Origin: Lingula anatina
Lineage: Eukaryota; Animalia; Brachiopoda
Reading direction: 5' to 3'
Assembly (NCBI GenBank): GCA_051362555.1
Contig: CM120645.1
Span: 3,534,001-3,598,000 of the forward strand
Length of the DNA: 64,000 nt
Positions 41,799 through 55,772 of this stretch are shown piece after piece. Made by a program: the position numbers and the translations under genes. The notes beneath the pieces were generated by a model. It was not told the origin of the DNA, did no database searches, and worked only from the letters and a program-made list of their open reading frames with translations. Each line of letters opens with the position of its first letter. Position 1 is the first letter of the stretch.

Positions 41799-44520
41799 TT
41801 CATGTGGTCTCTCTTATCTCTCACAGTGAAAAGCTTCCATGTCTCAATTTTTTGTTTCAAAACAGATGAAATAATTCATTTCACAATTTGAAATTAAACA
41901 TCTTAAACATCACACAATTAAATGTCATGTAATAGTTATTATTAATATATCACAATAAATCACAAAATATTCACATTATTTTAATGCACCCCCCCCCCCC
42001 CCATCCTCCTCCAATACCATTCAGCTATTTACAATGTCAGAGTCCCATATTCAACAGGCACAGAGATATTGTATGTGTATCAGACTATATAAAGTCCCAT
42101 ATAGACCTTATTCAGACCTGGGTGATGACCATGTATGTCTGACCAAGTTTACCATTGTGTAAGTACAGCCAAAGGACATTCCAGCATGACGTGGGCATGC
42201 CCATTAACTCAGCCTCACTTTATCATCTGGGTCCATAACTGTTGTGTATAAGACTACGGTAGTAACTTTAAAAAATTGAACATATAAAAGTTAAGAATTG
42301 TCTACCACAAAAATGCTTTGTTTGTAATAATTTAAAAAGTTGATTCAAAAGTTTTTACAAAGATAGATGGCTTTGTGTTCGAAAGAAATAAATGTGAGTG
42401 TCTTAGAATTCTGAGAATGATGAAAAAACAAAATGTGACAAAACGTTAGGCATTTGAAAATTTCTGGAAATTACCACATTTTTTGCTCCCAGTTTCACAT
42501 TCAGTAGCAGTTAAATCATGTATATTTGAATTTGTGGCACAGCCCATTTTCAAAGAATAGTTGATGGAAATTTTTTAAGAAGCTAAAAATTGAATTAATT
42601 TTCTTAAAATCTTATATTTCATGCAAGATGTTTGGTGTCTTCAATTTTTTAAAATTTTTATTTTAATTCTTTTCTGAGAAGTTAACCAATATTAAACATG
42701 GGCAAATTGGCCTGATTTTTATGTTTGTACAGTAATCATTTAACCTTTAGAACTGTCATGTCCACAAACAAAGTCAAGTATTAAAGAGAACAAAAATTCT
42801 ATGAGCAAGGATGGAAAGGTGTGGGTAAAACTTAAATGAATTATTTTCACACTTTAATCACTAGATTATACATCTATTAATAGCATAGTTATGTTTGATT
42901 ACGGAATGGTTAGGATTATAATGCTTTGCCAACAGGTAAACAAACTTTCACAATTAAATGCGTAAATTGTTTACTCTGTTTGCACCCATGGTGGTCACAT
43001 CTCACCACAAGGTGTGGTTACATCCTATTGGCAGTTTGTCAGTTCTTTCAGGTACAGGTTCTATATAGAGGTTCTATGGTTTCATAAAAGAACTTATGGG
43101 CCCCATTCACATAGGCACCATTGGTCTACAGAGATTGATCCAACTCTGTGGGGACTCTTGCTGAGTGCAATCAGCTTAACTGAATGACACACCTCCTCCT
43201 AGCATTGAGTGGAATACAGAAAAGCTGGTGATTATATGAGTATGGGAATCAAGAGGAGGTCTATCATTCAGTTCAGCTGATTGCACTTGGCAAGAGTCCC
43301 TGAGATTTGGTCCATCCATGTAGACTGATGGTGTCCATGGGAAATGGGGCCTAAGACTTAAATAAAGTATGAATGAATGTGAAGTGGTCAACAGAAAAAG
43401 AGCTGGTCTAAAAACTACAGCATTTTCTTTTCTTTTCTATTCTTTTTTTTTTTTTTTTTTCATTATGAAACAGGCACAATTTTTATTTAATTAGACTACT
43501 AACAATTTATCTTTGGTCCAAGCGTGGAATTTTGGTGTAAAAGTTTAGACCAATTTTCGGACTATATATATATATAGTTCTTTAGTACATGTACAAACAG
43601 ACCCAGGTGTGATTATTTCACATTTTCTGTCAAACAATCAATATGATCTCTGTGTCCGCATTGGTAATACAACTGACCACAACCTGGGTTTTACCACACG
43701 TCATATACACCTTTACAGACAGGTGTGTAGGATCAAAGGTGTGGTTGTTTTGTTTGGCTGTGTTCTACTTTAATGTGTGTGGTAATACTGTAATAGAGTA
43801 CACTGATATTCTCAGACCACATTTGCATCTGGCCATCCTTTAAAGTGCGGGAGGCAAATTCTGGGTGCTGAATACTCCACATTGGATTTTGAATGCCTTC
43901 TCAGTGTTTTCCTTCTCATGTTCAATATTAACTTTGTCTTTTACCAGTACTTTCATTGATAATGATTTATAAGTAAAAATTTTTGTGTTAATTGTTTTGT
44001 GTTCCAGCATTATTTCAGCCATATGTTTGTATTTCCATGTTTTCTAGAAAATGAAAATGAAAAGTTTCAAACGTCACATATGTACGTAAGCCCTTCATGC
44101 TTGTCAGTGACAGAAAACACACCATTCAGAAGTTATTACAACAAAAGGACATTTTTTTTTTTTACGTTTGTGTTTGCATTTTTGTCTTAATCTTCATCAA
44201 TCGAAGTCGACTTTGGAGCGGAAATTCTTTTCCTAATAGCATGACAGAGAAAAACATTTTTTAATTGACAAAAACAACCCTCTGTTACAATCTCTAAGTT
44301 CTTTATTTTTTCCTTTTTTTTCTTCTTTTATTATAATTACAGTCATCTGAGTGACATCAGTCATGACGCCTGAATTTTTGTCAGTGGTTGTTTTAACCTT
44401 TTCTGTGATAGAACTCATTCCACTAAAAGGGCATATTTTCATACGTGTCATGCCCAACACAAACAGCCTGTTACATCACCAAAAAACAAGCCATTGAAGT
44501 AACCAAAATATAGCTAACAC

Positions 44521-44705
44521 CGGGCACGTAGCCAGGGGGGATTCGGGGGGGGGGGGGGGGGGGCGAAAGAACCCCCTCCTCCCTTTTTGCTGGGAAAAGG
44601 TCCACTCTGGGTAAATTTGATCTATGTCAACTATTGTTTCATGACAAAAGGTCCACATTTTCAGAAAAAAGAATCCCCTTTTTGCAACTGCTGGCTATGG
44701 ACCTG
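44521..44705. mobile_element. MITE family 2 copy
   Basis: CGGGCACGTAGCCAGGGGGG...GGAAAAGGTCCACTCTGGGTAAATTTGATCTA...AAAAGGTCCACATTTTCAGAAAAAAG...CTGGCTATGGACCTG. Confidence 0.7.
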
Positions 44706-46858
44706 ATCATGAACAGACGACCAAATTTAATTGTCTCAGACGGATGTCAGTTTGTGCAGATGGTTGGAGCCCAAAGATTGAGACTCGGACATTTGAAGAC
44801 GCAAAACCTCTCTTAAAAGAAAAACTCCTCTTTGTAAATTAATGTCTTTCTTCAAGACCCATATTTTCTCTTTTGATGGGCAATATTTTAAGATTTTATT
44901 GTTGTTTATTCATTCTGATCACAAAAGTCACCCTGGTTTTCAGAGCAGTGACGGTGACTCTCCTTCTCTACTCATATATGTATGTTTTATCAGTGCTAAA
45001 ACAGCCAAGGAATTCTAGTATATATTTAGAAGTGAGTAGTCAAATTCAGGGTGCTTTGAGTCAACATGTTCTGAGAACGTGGAATATATCAGAATGAGAA
45101 ACGGAAGAGGTTGAATTCAATTTTGTGGTAAAGTTTTTCTTTCGAATCATTCAGATGGTATCCTTTGGCAACTCATAATATTTTGATGATATATTTTAAC
45201 GATATGAGTAAAGTTTTTTTCTTTTATTAAAGTATAGAATTTTTTTCTCATGGCATTAAAATGAATATTTGCAGCAAATATATAATGCAGATATGTAATA
45301 CATTTTAACAAATATTAATTTTTTTTTTACTTTTTAGTTTCAGTAGTGAGGAAAAGTGTTCACAGATGTTCATAATAATATATAGTCATTTCAGAAAATA
45401 TGAATACTTGTCAGAAACATTTATCATAATTCACAATATGGATACATAGTGAAAGGATAAAGTTAATTCATGGAAAGCCTCCCACATTGTATTTCTGAAC
45501 ATGATTTCATGAATATATAATTATGCCCAATTTTATGCATACTGAGTTGTTTATAGGTTGAGGGACCAAACTCTCCTTTGGTAGGCTTACCAAAGGTTGA
45601 ATTACGCAGCGGTGAATGTGGCCACTCCTTTTCTCTACTGTTAAACTTGCAAGAACCAACAACAATAAACAAACAAGGAAGGATTTGAATAACAAATAAG
45701 GTAAAGGATGGTCAGTTCTGAAACCTTTTCTAATGGTAATTTATTAGCTGCCTGCTGTATAATTAGAAAAAAAACTCTTGTATATGTCAGCAGTGATGTC
45801 ATTGTGGGGGAGAATCATCTGAGAATGACTAAAGCACTCTGGGATTAATAAGGGTGAACTAGAAACTCTTGCATCATCACACCACTAGTATAAGAATACC
45901 TGTATGTGTAACCCGTTACTCCCCTGTCACAAAGGATGGTTAAACAACAACGAAAAAAAGACCCTTAAGTCTTTCGCTCATTAATTTGTCACATATTTCA
46001 GTACTGCTCTAGTTTGAGAGATTGACAAATGCCTGGCTACTGTGCTAGAGCATAGATTCCTCACCCCCCCCCACCCCCCACCCCCCACCCCCCAGTAAAC
46101 TGTATTAATTTTGACTGGTTACATTTGGGCTTCTGGAAGGGAGTGACACTCCCACCCACGCCCACCCATAGTGAAACTACATATTACCGGGTAGGACCTC
46201 TCACACTGATGCAATACAGAAAGGTATACTGCAGGATATGAACATGTGTGGTTTAAGATCATAAGTCTAAAATTTTATAGTCCTCTTTGACCCAAAGTAC
46301 ATTAGTAGTTGTCAGCCTCATTTAAATATTACTCCTATTTTATGAAAAAGTAAAATAACTTAATATGCTTAAGACTAATAGTTAGGCTACTTTTAAAGAT
46401 GCATACAAAGTCAATTTTTTGTCACAAAAACCAACCAAATGCCAGCATATAGTTTCAAGTAGTATAACTAAGAGAATTACCAAAAGGCATTGTTTAATTT
46501 TACCCGAAAATGATGTTTGAACAGATTTTTCTGCTGGCATTCTAAGCTGTATATCAATGGGGCAGGAAAGTAGGTCACGGAAGTAGGTTAAATTTACAAC
46601 CAAAAATTTAAAGAAAGGAGCAGTCTAAAGGTCTTTTATGGCTGATCGAGTGGTCTATTCAGGTTAACCCTTGGCATGTCGAATTTATTTGAGTCATATA
46701 AGAATCTAGTAGAAGTGGTTTACATGTGTTACTGGGAATCCACGCTCCACCGATGCTCAGTTCGTATGTACCTTTAAGAAATTAAAATTTCTTTAATGTA
46801 AAAATTAAGACCAACTTTTTACCTCAGGTTTTTTTGTTGGGATAGAGACATTAAATTA

Positions 46859-46984
46859 CAGGCAATGAGGTTCGCTCTTGGTAAAATTTGATCTAAGTCC
46901 AAGAAGGTTTCATGTTAAAAGGTCCACTTTTTCAGAAAAAGCCCCCCCCCCCCCTCTCTTGAAATGGCTGGCTATATGGGCCAG
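46859..46984. mobile_element. MITE family 2, partial copy
   Basis: GGTAAAATTTGATCTAAGTCCAAGAAGGTTTCATGTTAAAAGGTCCACTTTTTCAGAAAAAG...CTGGCTATATGGGCC matches 35521-35616. Confidence 0.65.
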
Positions 46985-49900
46985 AATCTTATTTATATTT
47001 CACAGTTTTTGTTGCAACAAGTGTTCTGTTTGTAATAAGTCCTATAGCTGTTCAAAGTGTCACACATTTCAGTTAGATTATTCTCATAATTATGTTAAGT
47101 ATCATCCAATTTAGAAGTCATGATGATATTGAATGAAAATTTAGTTCCAGGAATTTTAGTTATATTGACTTATTCAATTGATTTATTTTATACCATGATA
47201 AGAATTCGCTTTAAATGATATCTATAGTAAGGCATTACGGAAATTCATGGCATGAGTATTATCATTCAGCCCAAGAAAAAAATAATCATCCATTTATCTA
47301 GCATTAGATTATTTTTAGGGTGGATAATAAACGTTTCTTAGTAAGCCCTTTCCTATCTGTAACAGTTATAGCACTTGGTGCATTTTAGATAAAACCGGCC
47401 ATTTAAAAAACATTAAAATTCCTTCAGTTTGTGCTATAACGTTTTGTAAGAGACTGAAAGATGTAATCATTGGTGTCTGGGGACGGAGAGAAAAAAAATT
47501 AAAAAGAATGCCTCTAGTGACTGTTGTCGTCAGGCTGTGGTTCGCCCTCGAAGGAAATGCCTCCACGTACACGCTGCAGTTGCCTTAAATCACTGCTGCA
47601 AACGAGGTGATTTATATAAAAAATGAGGCAATTTGTTTTTTCTAAAAGGTGGTAAAAAGCGTTTACTACACACCACGCTTAATATTTGGGTGACCTTACA
47701 TTACTGAGCGCGAACCTTTTGGACAGAGTTTCACGTGATGGGGGACATTTTGTGCTTTTAGACGGAAATCAAAGGAAACATTAACGCTGTATTTTCCATT
47801 TTAGATTTTTATTAAGACATGGAAGCTGAATTCTTCCCCTGTAAAAATTTCCCTTAAACTTTTAAAAATGAATAAAATGTAAATTGAAGGAACCCAGAAA
47901 ACAATTAGGAATTATGGGTGGTTAGACAGAGAGTAGCCTGTGTGGGAGTACCGTTTTATCTTATATGTTGCATTCTGTTCAAACCAATCGAAAATAATAA
48001 ATTGATAATTATATCAATAAAATAAAAATAAATGTTTATTTCAAACTGTCTTATTGCACATATTTATTTAAAACTATGGAAAATAAATTCTATTCCGTCT
48101 AATTTCTACTAGGACAGATGACGTTATTGCAAATAGCATGTTGCATGTTTTCGAAGTGAAGAAGTACGTGACATGTGACTGAAAACGCATAACAAGAATG
48201 CCATGTGGAGAAAATGTGGTCTAAATGACATACAATATATCTTATTGATATGTTTTTAGTTGAGAACTCGCGAAAGTGAAAGTTGACTAGAATTTTGTAG
48301 GATTTCAACCAGACCTGCCCCAGCAAAGATCTTTGATTACGTTTGTGTCAAAATCCCGTAAAATACCCCTTAAAACAACAACCTAGTTACTTTTAAATAG
48401 TAGTTAAAAGACCAGATGCCCAAACTTTCAGTTCTTCCCTTAGCTGTAAAACGGCGTTAAATCAAAGGATAAACAGAATGCTGAAAGTCTGGTTTAAAAA
48501 AGAATGTGGAGCAAGCTAGGTTTTGCCTGAATTCGTCTCCTGTCGGCGCTTTTTTTTTCGGGAGGGTGGGGGGGTAAAAGATGTAGCTCTGATGCTGAGA
48601 GAGGGTCACGTGCCTGCTGTGCTCTCCCCCTGGATTCACATATATCTGGTAGCTGCGCACTATTCAGCTTTGTAAGTTGTCGCGCGCATTATCGGAATAC
48701 AGTTGCAGAGGACGTACTTGTGACGATTTCATTACATTTGTTTAAAATTATTTAATCCATTATGTGGCTTTTAGATTCCTTAACCGAACAAGTTGACAAC
48801 CGAGCGTGGATAGAGTCGTTTCCTAGTAACGGACTAGGGTTGGGTCCCCAAAAAATCTTGCTTTATTCAAATTAAGGATAAATCCGTAATAATGCATTAA
48901 AATGCATGTACCGTGTATTTTCTTTTCTTTTCTTAAAGCAGGAGCAATATTTCATTTAGCAGACTTCCACATTTAAGTAAACTTACAGTCGCTATTTTCA
49001 ATTAAGACCACCTCTCGGTTCAAAGTTGTCTTGTGGGACCAGTCCAAGCTGTGTTATATTGAAAACTACTCACTCGTTTTGCAGTTTCTTGAAACTATGT
49101 CATTCCCCAAAACTTTGTCATTCCCTAAAATGCTAGAACAGACGCGAAAATTTTAAAGAACAATGACTAAGCATATCTTTTGATAGAAAAATCTATGTAT
49201 ATTATAAACTAAAATGTAATGCTTAACTCGACCCTATACTAGTTTGCCCATGCCTACGAATCCTAGCGTAGGAACGCGCCCTATCGCTCAGATGGAATTC
49301 CCGGTTGTCCTCTTGGAGTATCCAGATTATTCCCGGGAGTATCCAGATTATTCCCGGATGTCCTCCTAATTATTCCACAGCATTTTGTCATTTGAATACT
49401 GGGATTTCGAAGATGATCTTTTCCAGGAAAAGAACAGAAAGACAGGAAGAGGTTATCATGATTCTTCTATTTGATGTTGACATTCTGAGGATGTAAGGCT
49501 GTCTAATTTTGGAAAGTTTTTTTTTTTTATTTTCCGAGAGACATTAAATAACAGATCACGATTTTTCTTGATATAATGATAATGATTATCATTATATATT
49601 ATTGCTATTTTTATATTTGTGTGAACATTGTTTGCTGACTCCTTTCCATATCTGTTCATTATACTCTCTGGTACGTCTAAAAAGTCAACTTCACATATAT
49701 TTCATGATGTTATAAGCTTTTCTATTTGCTTTCACAATTTTCCATTGGTCAACAAATTCGAAAACATTCAACATTAACATGTTTTTGGCCACTTTATCTT
49801 AAATACAAAATTCAGTAGATGGTTTCTCTGGATTCAATGGAAAAACAATCTTTCTATCTTTGTGTCCTACATGTACATGTTAAATTAAATTAACACTTTC

Positions 49901-52900
49901 TGCTGTTTTAAATTTGAAAAATTTTATATCCATGAACCCTTATTCTGATATCTGTTTAACCCTTAAAGGATCTTTAAGGGCCTACCCACGACATCCCCTC
50001 CGCAAACCCCCCAGATCCGCCAGTGGTCAGGATTGGCCGCTGTGTCAGTGTGTGTCTTGTACGGGGTCCAGCTTATGAGGACTTCGTGGTGGTAACTAGG
50101 ACGTTGGACCCCAGGTTGTGAAGAGAATAATGTGCCCTGACATGGTAAGGATATTGTTGGTCATCACAAAGCGGACGAGAACAACCATTTAGCCGACATG
50201 GGGTTGGGGGTCATTTTTATGCCCTGAGGGGATTGCTGATGAGTGTTATTTGTAATAATGTGGAGGAATAAAATTTTGCAAAAATAAAACAGTAGACGAG
50301 GTCAAAATTACAGAAATATGTAGAGCACAAAATTGGAAAGATCTCTCGATTTAGTAGCGTTTTGCACGTGTAGGCCCCTATGTGCAGCTTTGAAAAAAGG
50401 AAAAAATAAAAATAAAAAAATTTACAAGATGGCATGTTTTTTACCCTCTACCAGGACCACAGTGTTAATTTTTTTCACAAAATATTCATAGACGTCGCTC
50501 TGACTAATTCTGCGCACATTTCTGTGCTGTCCAGCGATAATATATTGGCACAGAAATGACGTCACCACCCAGCTGGCCTCTGGTAGAGTAGCACAATAAC
50601 CCAATGGTAACGTTTCAGATAGAGTGAAAAACACATTTCGTCTTCTCTAACACAATCCTGTTTCTTTGAGCTTATCGAGGCATCTATTCGATCTATGGAA
50701 TCCGATTGCAAGGCATCAATCTGCCCGACCACTTGATATCAAGTTTAATGACTGGCTGTTATTGCCACAATAATTTCAGTACGCCAAAATCACCAGGGCG
50801 GTGTGGAGATCCTTTTTTTGTGTCTATTATGCGACAAAGTCTTTTCAAATTTTCATTTTGTTTAAAAAAGTTCATTTTCTGTTATTTTCCGGAGGGAATG
50901 CGTTTGCCAATAAAGAAATGACGGGATTGAGCCAGCCGTGCGAAGTTTGAACGCCAGTGGCAGTGCATATTGTGCCGTGTCGTACCTTTTTTTTTATTAC
51001 TGACGACATTGAATTGTTTTCCAAACAATGGCATCAAACAAACGTTTGTCTACAGAAAAAGCCGCATACATGTATGAAAAAAAAAAACTTAATGTGGGCA
51101 CGTAAGCTTGGTACGGTGTAGTTTCATTGATTTTGGTGTTAATTTCATATTCAGTCCAACTCTTGATAGTATAATCTGGTTTAAAGCCCTTGTGTAATGA
51201 GTTTGATTAAAAAGGTTAATTTAGCTTTGCTTTTAAGCGCTCGGAAAAGTGTTTATCACTTCCATAGCGGATGAACGTTAGTGCTAAAAATTGCTCTGGT
51301 AGTGGTTAATATTTTTACGATGTGTTGGTTAATTCGTGGGTTATGTGGTTAATATGGGCGTTAGTGCTGAAAGATCTTCGGTTAGTGTTAGTAAACGCCT
51401 AACCCGTTTATAAAACCTGTATCTTAAAAAAGTGCATTTTACAACTTCCACGTTTTTCAAACTGAATAGTATGATAAGAACAGAATATGCTTAAAGGCAT
51501 GAAGCGAAAATTCTACATAACTCAGCGACGGAGTTACATAACTTTTTCGTCGCAAGTCGGGCGCTTTTTGTATCATATTGAAGCCGGTCTATTTCTTAAA
51601 TATACCAGGCCTGACACTTAAGAATCGAACACATTGTGGGCAGATAATTGAAATTCTAGACCACGAAAAGTACACCACCACAACAATAGTGGACTCTTAG
51701 CTGGGTAGAACCCATCAAACGAGAATGGGGCACCATGGGTCCAAGCTGGTTGGGAATGGCATTCAGACCGAGCAAAAAGAAAAAGAAAAATCTGTTTGCT
51801 TGACCGGCAAATTTTGCGACAAAAGACATTAAAAACAGGAAGGCGATCGATGTTCGTTTGATTGTGCGCTTTCACACAAAGAACCGCCATAAGGCAATGA
51901 AAGCTGAAATCTATTCTAAATATTAACGGCATACATATAATATGTTTTAATTTTTTTCGCTTTTTTTTAAGCGCTTTTTGAAAGAATTAAAGAGAACGGC
52001 AGCAGGTTTGAGAGATTTAGAAAATTGACAAGTTAATGAATAAACAATTTTACGTCAAAACTAAGCATTTTGAACAAGGGCAATACAACACAGATGTAAA
52101 ATGCCTTTCAAAAACTTTATTTTACTAAAATAATACAAGCTGCTGAAGAACATAATTGAAAGATTTCATTAAAGCCAATGGCCCTTAAGCATCTCAAAAA
52201 CCTAAGTAACCAATCAAATTAACTTTGTAAACTTTAAGAACTATATCGTTATATCTGCATCTTACATTAATTTCCTCCCAAGGAATGAGAAAAACATCAT
52301 TGAAAGAGTTGGGCATCGTTTGGTTTGTCTTTTGCGCTGAGGTAAATGTGACGTTTCCTATCAACAGTGCATTTTGTGCGGTGTCGCACCTGTTGCTGTA
52401 GAAGTCAAGAGCATCGAGCAACGACACCTTTGATCAACAGCACAACACATTTCGAGTCTGTTTGGGGGTTAAAGTTAAACCCTAGCCGACAAACTAGCGT
52501 TTCACAAATAATCTGAAAGTGCCGCTTATCTCGTTTTATCGGTCTTTAAATTAACCCCTGAGCCTAATGTGGATTGTGTTACAATGATTTGTGCTATTGG
52601 TGACAATACTTTATCATCGTTTAGGCATCTCGATTACACTTATTGAGGGTCAGCCATTCTTAAAAGCTTTTACGTGTTAGATCAGTATCAGAAAGTCGAT
52701 TTTGGTGGCTAAAGCTCAACCAACGACTTTTAGACTTTTTATGAAGCTGCACCCCAAGGAAGTAGCTAGTGGCTAGCTATTCACTGAAGTAGCCAGTCTA
52801 TAAGGTGTTGGCAAGTTATTTTGATTTGCGAGTAATTTTCATCCGGGATTTCCTCTGTTTTCTGTGTTGATTTCACTGTTAGTTTTACGTATAATGGATT

Positions 52901-53001
52901 AACGATAAAGCTTAGTATTTTGTGTTCATTGTGTTCATTTTGTGTTCATAGGGTTTACAACCCTGCAACTCAGTAAAGTATTGGTTTTAAGTTTCTCTAT
53001 T

Positions 53002-53652
53002 TTAATTCTTATTTTTCTTCTCATCCCTTTTCTTATTCTCTTGCTCCGTCATCAGTTGTTCAAAATCCCTCCTGAGAAGGGCGTCGTCGTGCTTGGTGGC
53101 GGCATTGTTATGGAGCAACTGAACCAGCGTTTTCCAATCTTCCTCGACGAACGTGCGCACGGTGACGTGCTCGCACCTCCACAACGCGTGCAGCTTCTGC
53201 ACGTGCTCCGGTTTGCGCACGGCGCAATCACAAGGCAGGCCTTTACACGACGGTCGGGAAACCTCATACAAGCCTCTAAACACAATCTCTAAATCAATCG
53301 ACAGCTTCTTCTCGGTTATTATTCTGCTGAAGTTCAAGAACAGGGAGCTGCAGCGGGCGCAGGGGGACCAATTCAAATAAAAACGAATTTTCTGGGGTTT
53401 CAGGCTCTTGATGTTTTTTGCCAGGAAATTCACGGCCTGCTCCTCGGCGTGGCCATCTTGGTTATCATTGAAGATGAAGGAGCGAGGCAACTTCTCCAAC
53501 GTGCACTTGAACACGCAGTAGCTGTCCGTCGGCCAGTTTCGGTCAGGGAAGTGAGGACCGCTCCTTTCAAAAGTGTCCATGATGTCGGTCGCGGATTCGA
53601 AAAGAACAGAGTGCATAGCCATGGCGGTGTCGGCGGCACTCACTGAATTCAT
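53002..53652 (-). CDS. AID/APOBEC-like cytidine deaminase, single domain (gene A, ~216 aa)
   Basis: Motifs GHAEEQA, FYLNWSPCARC, LEIVFRGLY and TFVEEDW. The TTG start in the ORF track (53706) is the first base after a strong acceptor (TCTTCTTTTTGTCCCACAG|). First ATG is at 53652; a strong-Kozak alternative ACCGCCATGG is at 53622. Confidence 0.88.
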   Translation of the reverse strand: MNSVSAADTAMAMHSVLFESATDIMDTFERSGPHFPDRNWPTDSYCVFKCTLEKLPRSFIFNDNQDGHAEEQAVNFLAKNIKSLKPQKIRFYLNWSPCARCSSLFLNFSRIITEKKLSIDLEIVFRGLYEVSRPSCKGLPCDCAVRKPEHVQKLHALWRCEHVTVRTFVEEDWKTLVQLLHNNAATKHDDALLRRDFEQLMTEQENKKRDEKKNKN

Positions 53653-54068
53653 CGGCGTCTTGTTAAATGGGAAATTATGTGATCTGCTTCTGCGTTGTGT
53701 CACCAACTGTGGGACAAAAAGAAGAGGGAAGATGAATTGTTTAACTGCATTTGAAAGAACACTGGATATATTTCCATTCCCTTTTTCACTTTCAAATTCT
53801 TGTCTACGCTTTTGATCAACACGGCGAAACCTTTTGTACGGAAGTTTAAAAAATTGGTAAGAAATTATATAAATTGACTAGTAAATTTTGAAATACTGCT
53901 TTGAAATCACGGTCCTGTGGCACCTGTTTTTTTTTTTTTTTCAAAGCTACCTTCAATACATACACCAAAATAAGTAACTCAAAATCACAAGCAAATTATC
54001 AGACTACTAAAGAAAATTCCATTATGTTTCTGAAGTTATTACAGAGACAAGATTTCACGCCCACTCAC

Positions 54069-54139
54069 CTGAATCAAACAACTCCTCTAAGAAAAATCAA
54101 GATCCTGCTTGCACGGCCTCGGCGCTTGCTCCCCTTATA
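54069..54139 (-). promoter_or_regulatory. Putative TATA box and short non-coding first exon of deaminase gene A
   Basis: TATAAG at 54139-54134, then an ATG-free stretch ending in consensus donor CAG|GTGAGT at 54069/54068, which pairs with the acceptor at 53707. Confidence 0.6.
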
Positions 54140-54786
54140 CCCTCCGCCTTCCACTCGCTGTGTATCACTGACGGACAGACGCCTTTTAAATCCCAATATA
54201 TAATGTTCTATAGTATACCGTATAAGCTTTCCATAGACCCTTTACAAAAATACAGGAAACTTGTTCCAGGCCAGTTAACACAACGTGCTGGCAGGGCAGT
54301 TGTTGTGGAACCTGTTCCCATATATTGAACCTTCAATCGTGACATCTTTAATGCACGTCTCCTTCGTTAATGTGGTAAACTTCAGTCTTCAATAGAAGTC
54401 GCAGGAATATTCCACCCCCATAAAACCGGTACTTATCTCAGCCAGGTACTTCTACCTGGGCTAGACCATGGCGCGTTCCTTAGAGCATGAAGAAAATCCC
54501 AAAGGAAAAATGGAACTATTGTTAGGGAGACGGTAAGTTTTCTCTCAAATATAGATCATTGCTGCTACTAAAATTATTATTGAGCTGCCTGCTGTGTTAT
54601 TCACTCGAATATGTATACGTTTTTTTCAATCAGCAGTTATGCTAGAGTAACAATGAGGGCTTTGAATCTCAATGTGAAAAATGTGCTGTCTGTTAGGTGT
54701 ATTAAGTGGCGCACACCAGATGCAATTGATTTGTAACGCACACATTAAATATGCTTGACAGGGGCACTATGATCCTGCCGATGCCC

Positions 54787-54953
54787 CAGGGACGGATTTA
54801 GGCCGTCTTCTGGGTCTTCCGGAAGACGGTCAGGTTTTCAAGTTAACATTGAGGTGTGTCGTATGTTTTCTGTCAGAAGACGGTCAAAATGGAGGATTAA
54901 TCAACAAAGATAATTTGGGAGACTGTCAGAAAATATCTATAGATCCGCCCCTC
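54787..54953. mobile_element. MITE family 3 (CAGGG.CGGAT / ATCCGCCCCT termini) between gene A and the double-domain gene
   Basis: Imperfect terminal inverted repeats CAGGGACGGATTTA and TAGATCCGCCCCT about 165 bp apart. No clear target-site duplication. Confidence 0.45.
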
Positions 54954-55012
54954 GATGGTGTCTACGAGAAAGAGCCCTTATAACGTCTTTTGCGAGAACA
55001 GTTTTTGAAACG

Positions 55013-55560
55013 CTGACAATGTCTTTACTTCTACCCCAATACCTTCATTCTCACTGACTGGCAGGGCGGAATAGCGGTTGAAATATTAATTCAATATCAA
55101 GCGGAAAGAGAAAATAACATTTTGCGTTTCATTCTTTAATCCTGCCAATACAGAAAAAAATGATACACAAGTTATTCCGTATTATACATTTATTATTCTG
55201 ATAATAATCAAAATCAGCATACATAATGAAATGTGAATCCTTATTTAAAAAATATTTAGAAATATCATTGGAACGTTTTTTTTTTCGCTAGCACGATAAT
55301 GCAGACAATTACAATTAGACACATCATGTGAAACAGCAATTAGATACATCATGTGACAGCAATTAAACACATCATGTCACAGCAATTAAACACATCATGT
55401 GACAGCAATTAGACACAGCAATTATGCACAGCGATTACCTTTAAATACCCAGTTCATTCATCATTCTAATAATAATACCTAACATTGAAATTATGAAATT
55501 CCTATCAAAAAAAGTAATGAACAGATCATTTAAATACAATTTAGATAGATGCACTTATTA
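55013..55560. repeat. Duplicated deaminase 3'-end block (copy 1), containing minus-strand AATAAA at 55189-55194
   Basis: CTGACAATGTCTTTACTT...ATGAAATGTGAATCCTTATTTAAAA...AATATCA recurs at 60115 and 60409. The right boundary is approximate. Confidence 0.85.
55305..55432. repeat. ~22-bp minisatellite (ACAGCAATTARACACATCATGTG), about 4-5 units
   Basis: Directly visible tandem units with no spacers. Confidence 0.85.
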
Positions 55561-55699
55561 GATTTGTTAATATGATATAAAATAAAATAGATATATGCAT
55601 AAAATAGATATAAACCTTAGCAGCCTTTACGGTCATCTAGTTGTCATTTATATGAACGAGGTTTGTAAATTGTTTATATTGTACATTAAGATATGATTA

Positions 55700-55702
<3 letters not shown>

Positions 55703-55770
<68 letters not shown>
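55703..55770. repeat. Compound (TC)n(TA)n microsatellite
   Basis: Directly visible, in the putative 3' UTR of the double-domain gene. Confidence 0.95.

Positions 55771-55772
<2 letters not shown>

Noticed and set aside
49315-49359. 21-bp direct duplication GGAGTATCCAGATTATTCCCG
   Set aside because: A simple local slippage duplication with no further structure.
30500-52900. POC1-like neighbour expected from vertebrate DUSP6-POC1B / DUSP7-POC1A linkage
   Set aside because: No WD40 or POC1 coiled-coil exon was recognised in the window.
52942-53815. Several overlapping + strand and alternative-frame ORFs over gene A
   Set aside because: Shadow ORFs of the GC-rich deaminase exon with no recognisable motifs.
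55305-55432. Short direct repeats resembling a CRISPR array
   Set aside because: No unique spacers and a eukaryotic context; an ordinary minisatellite.
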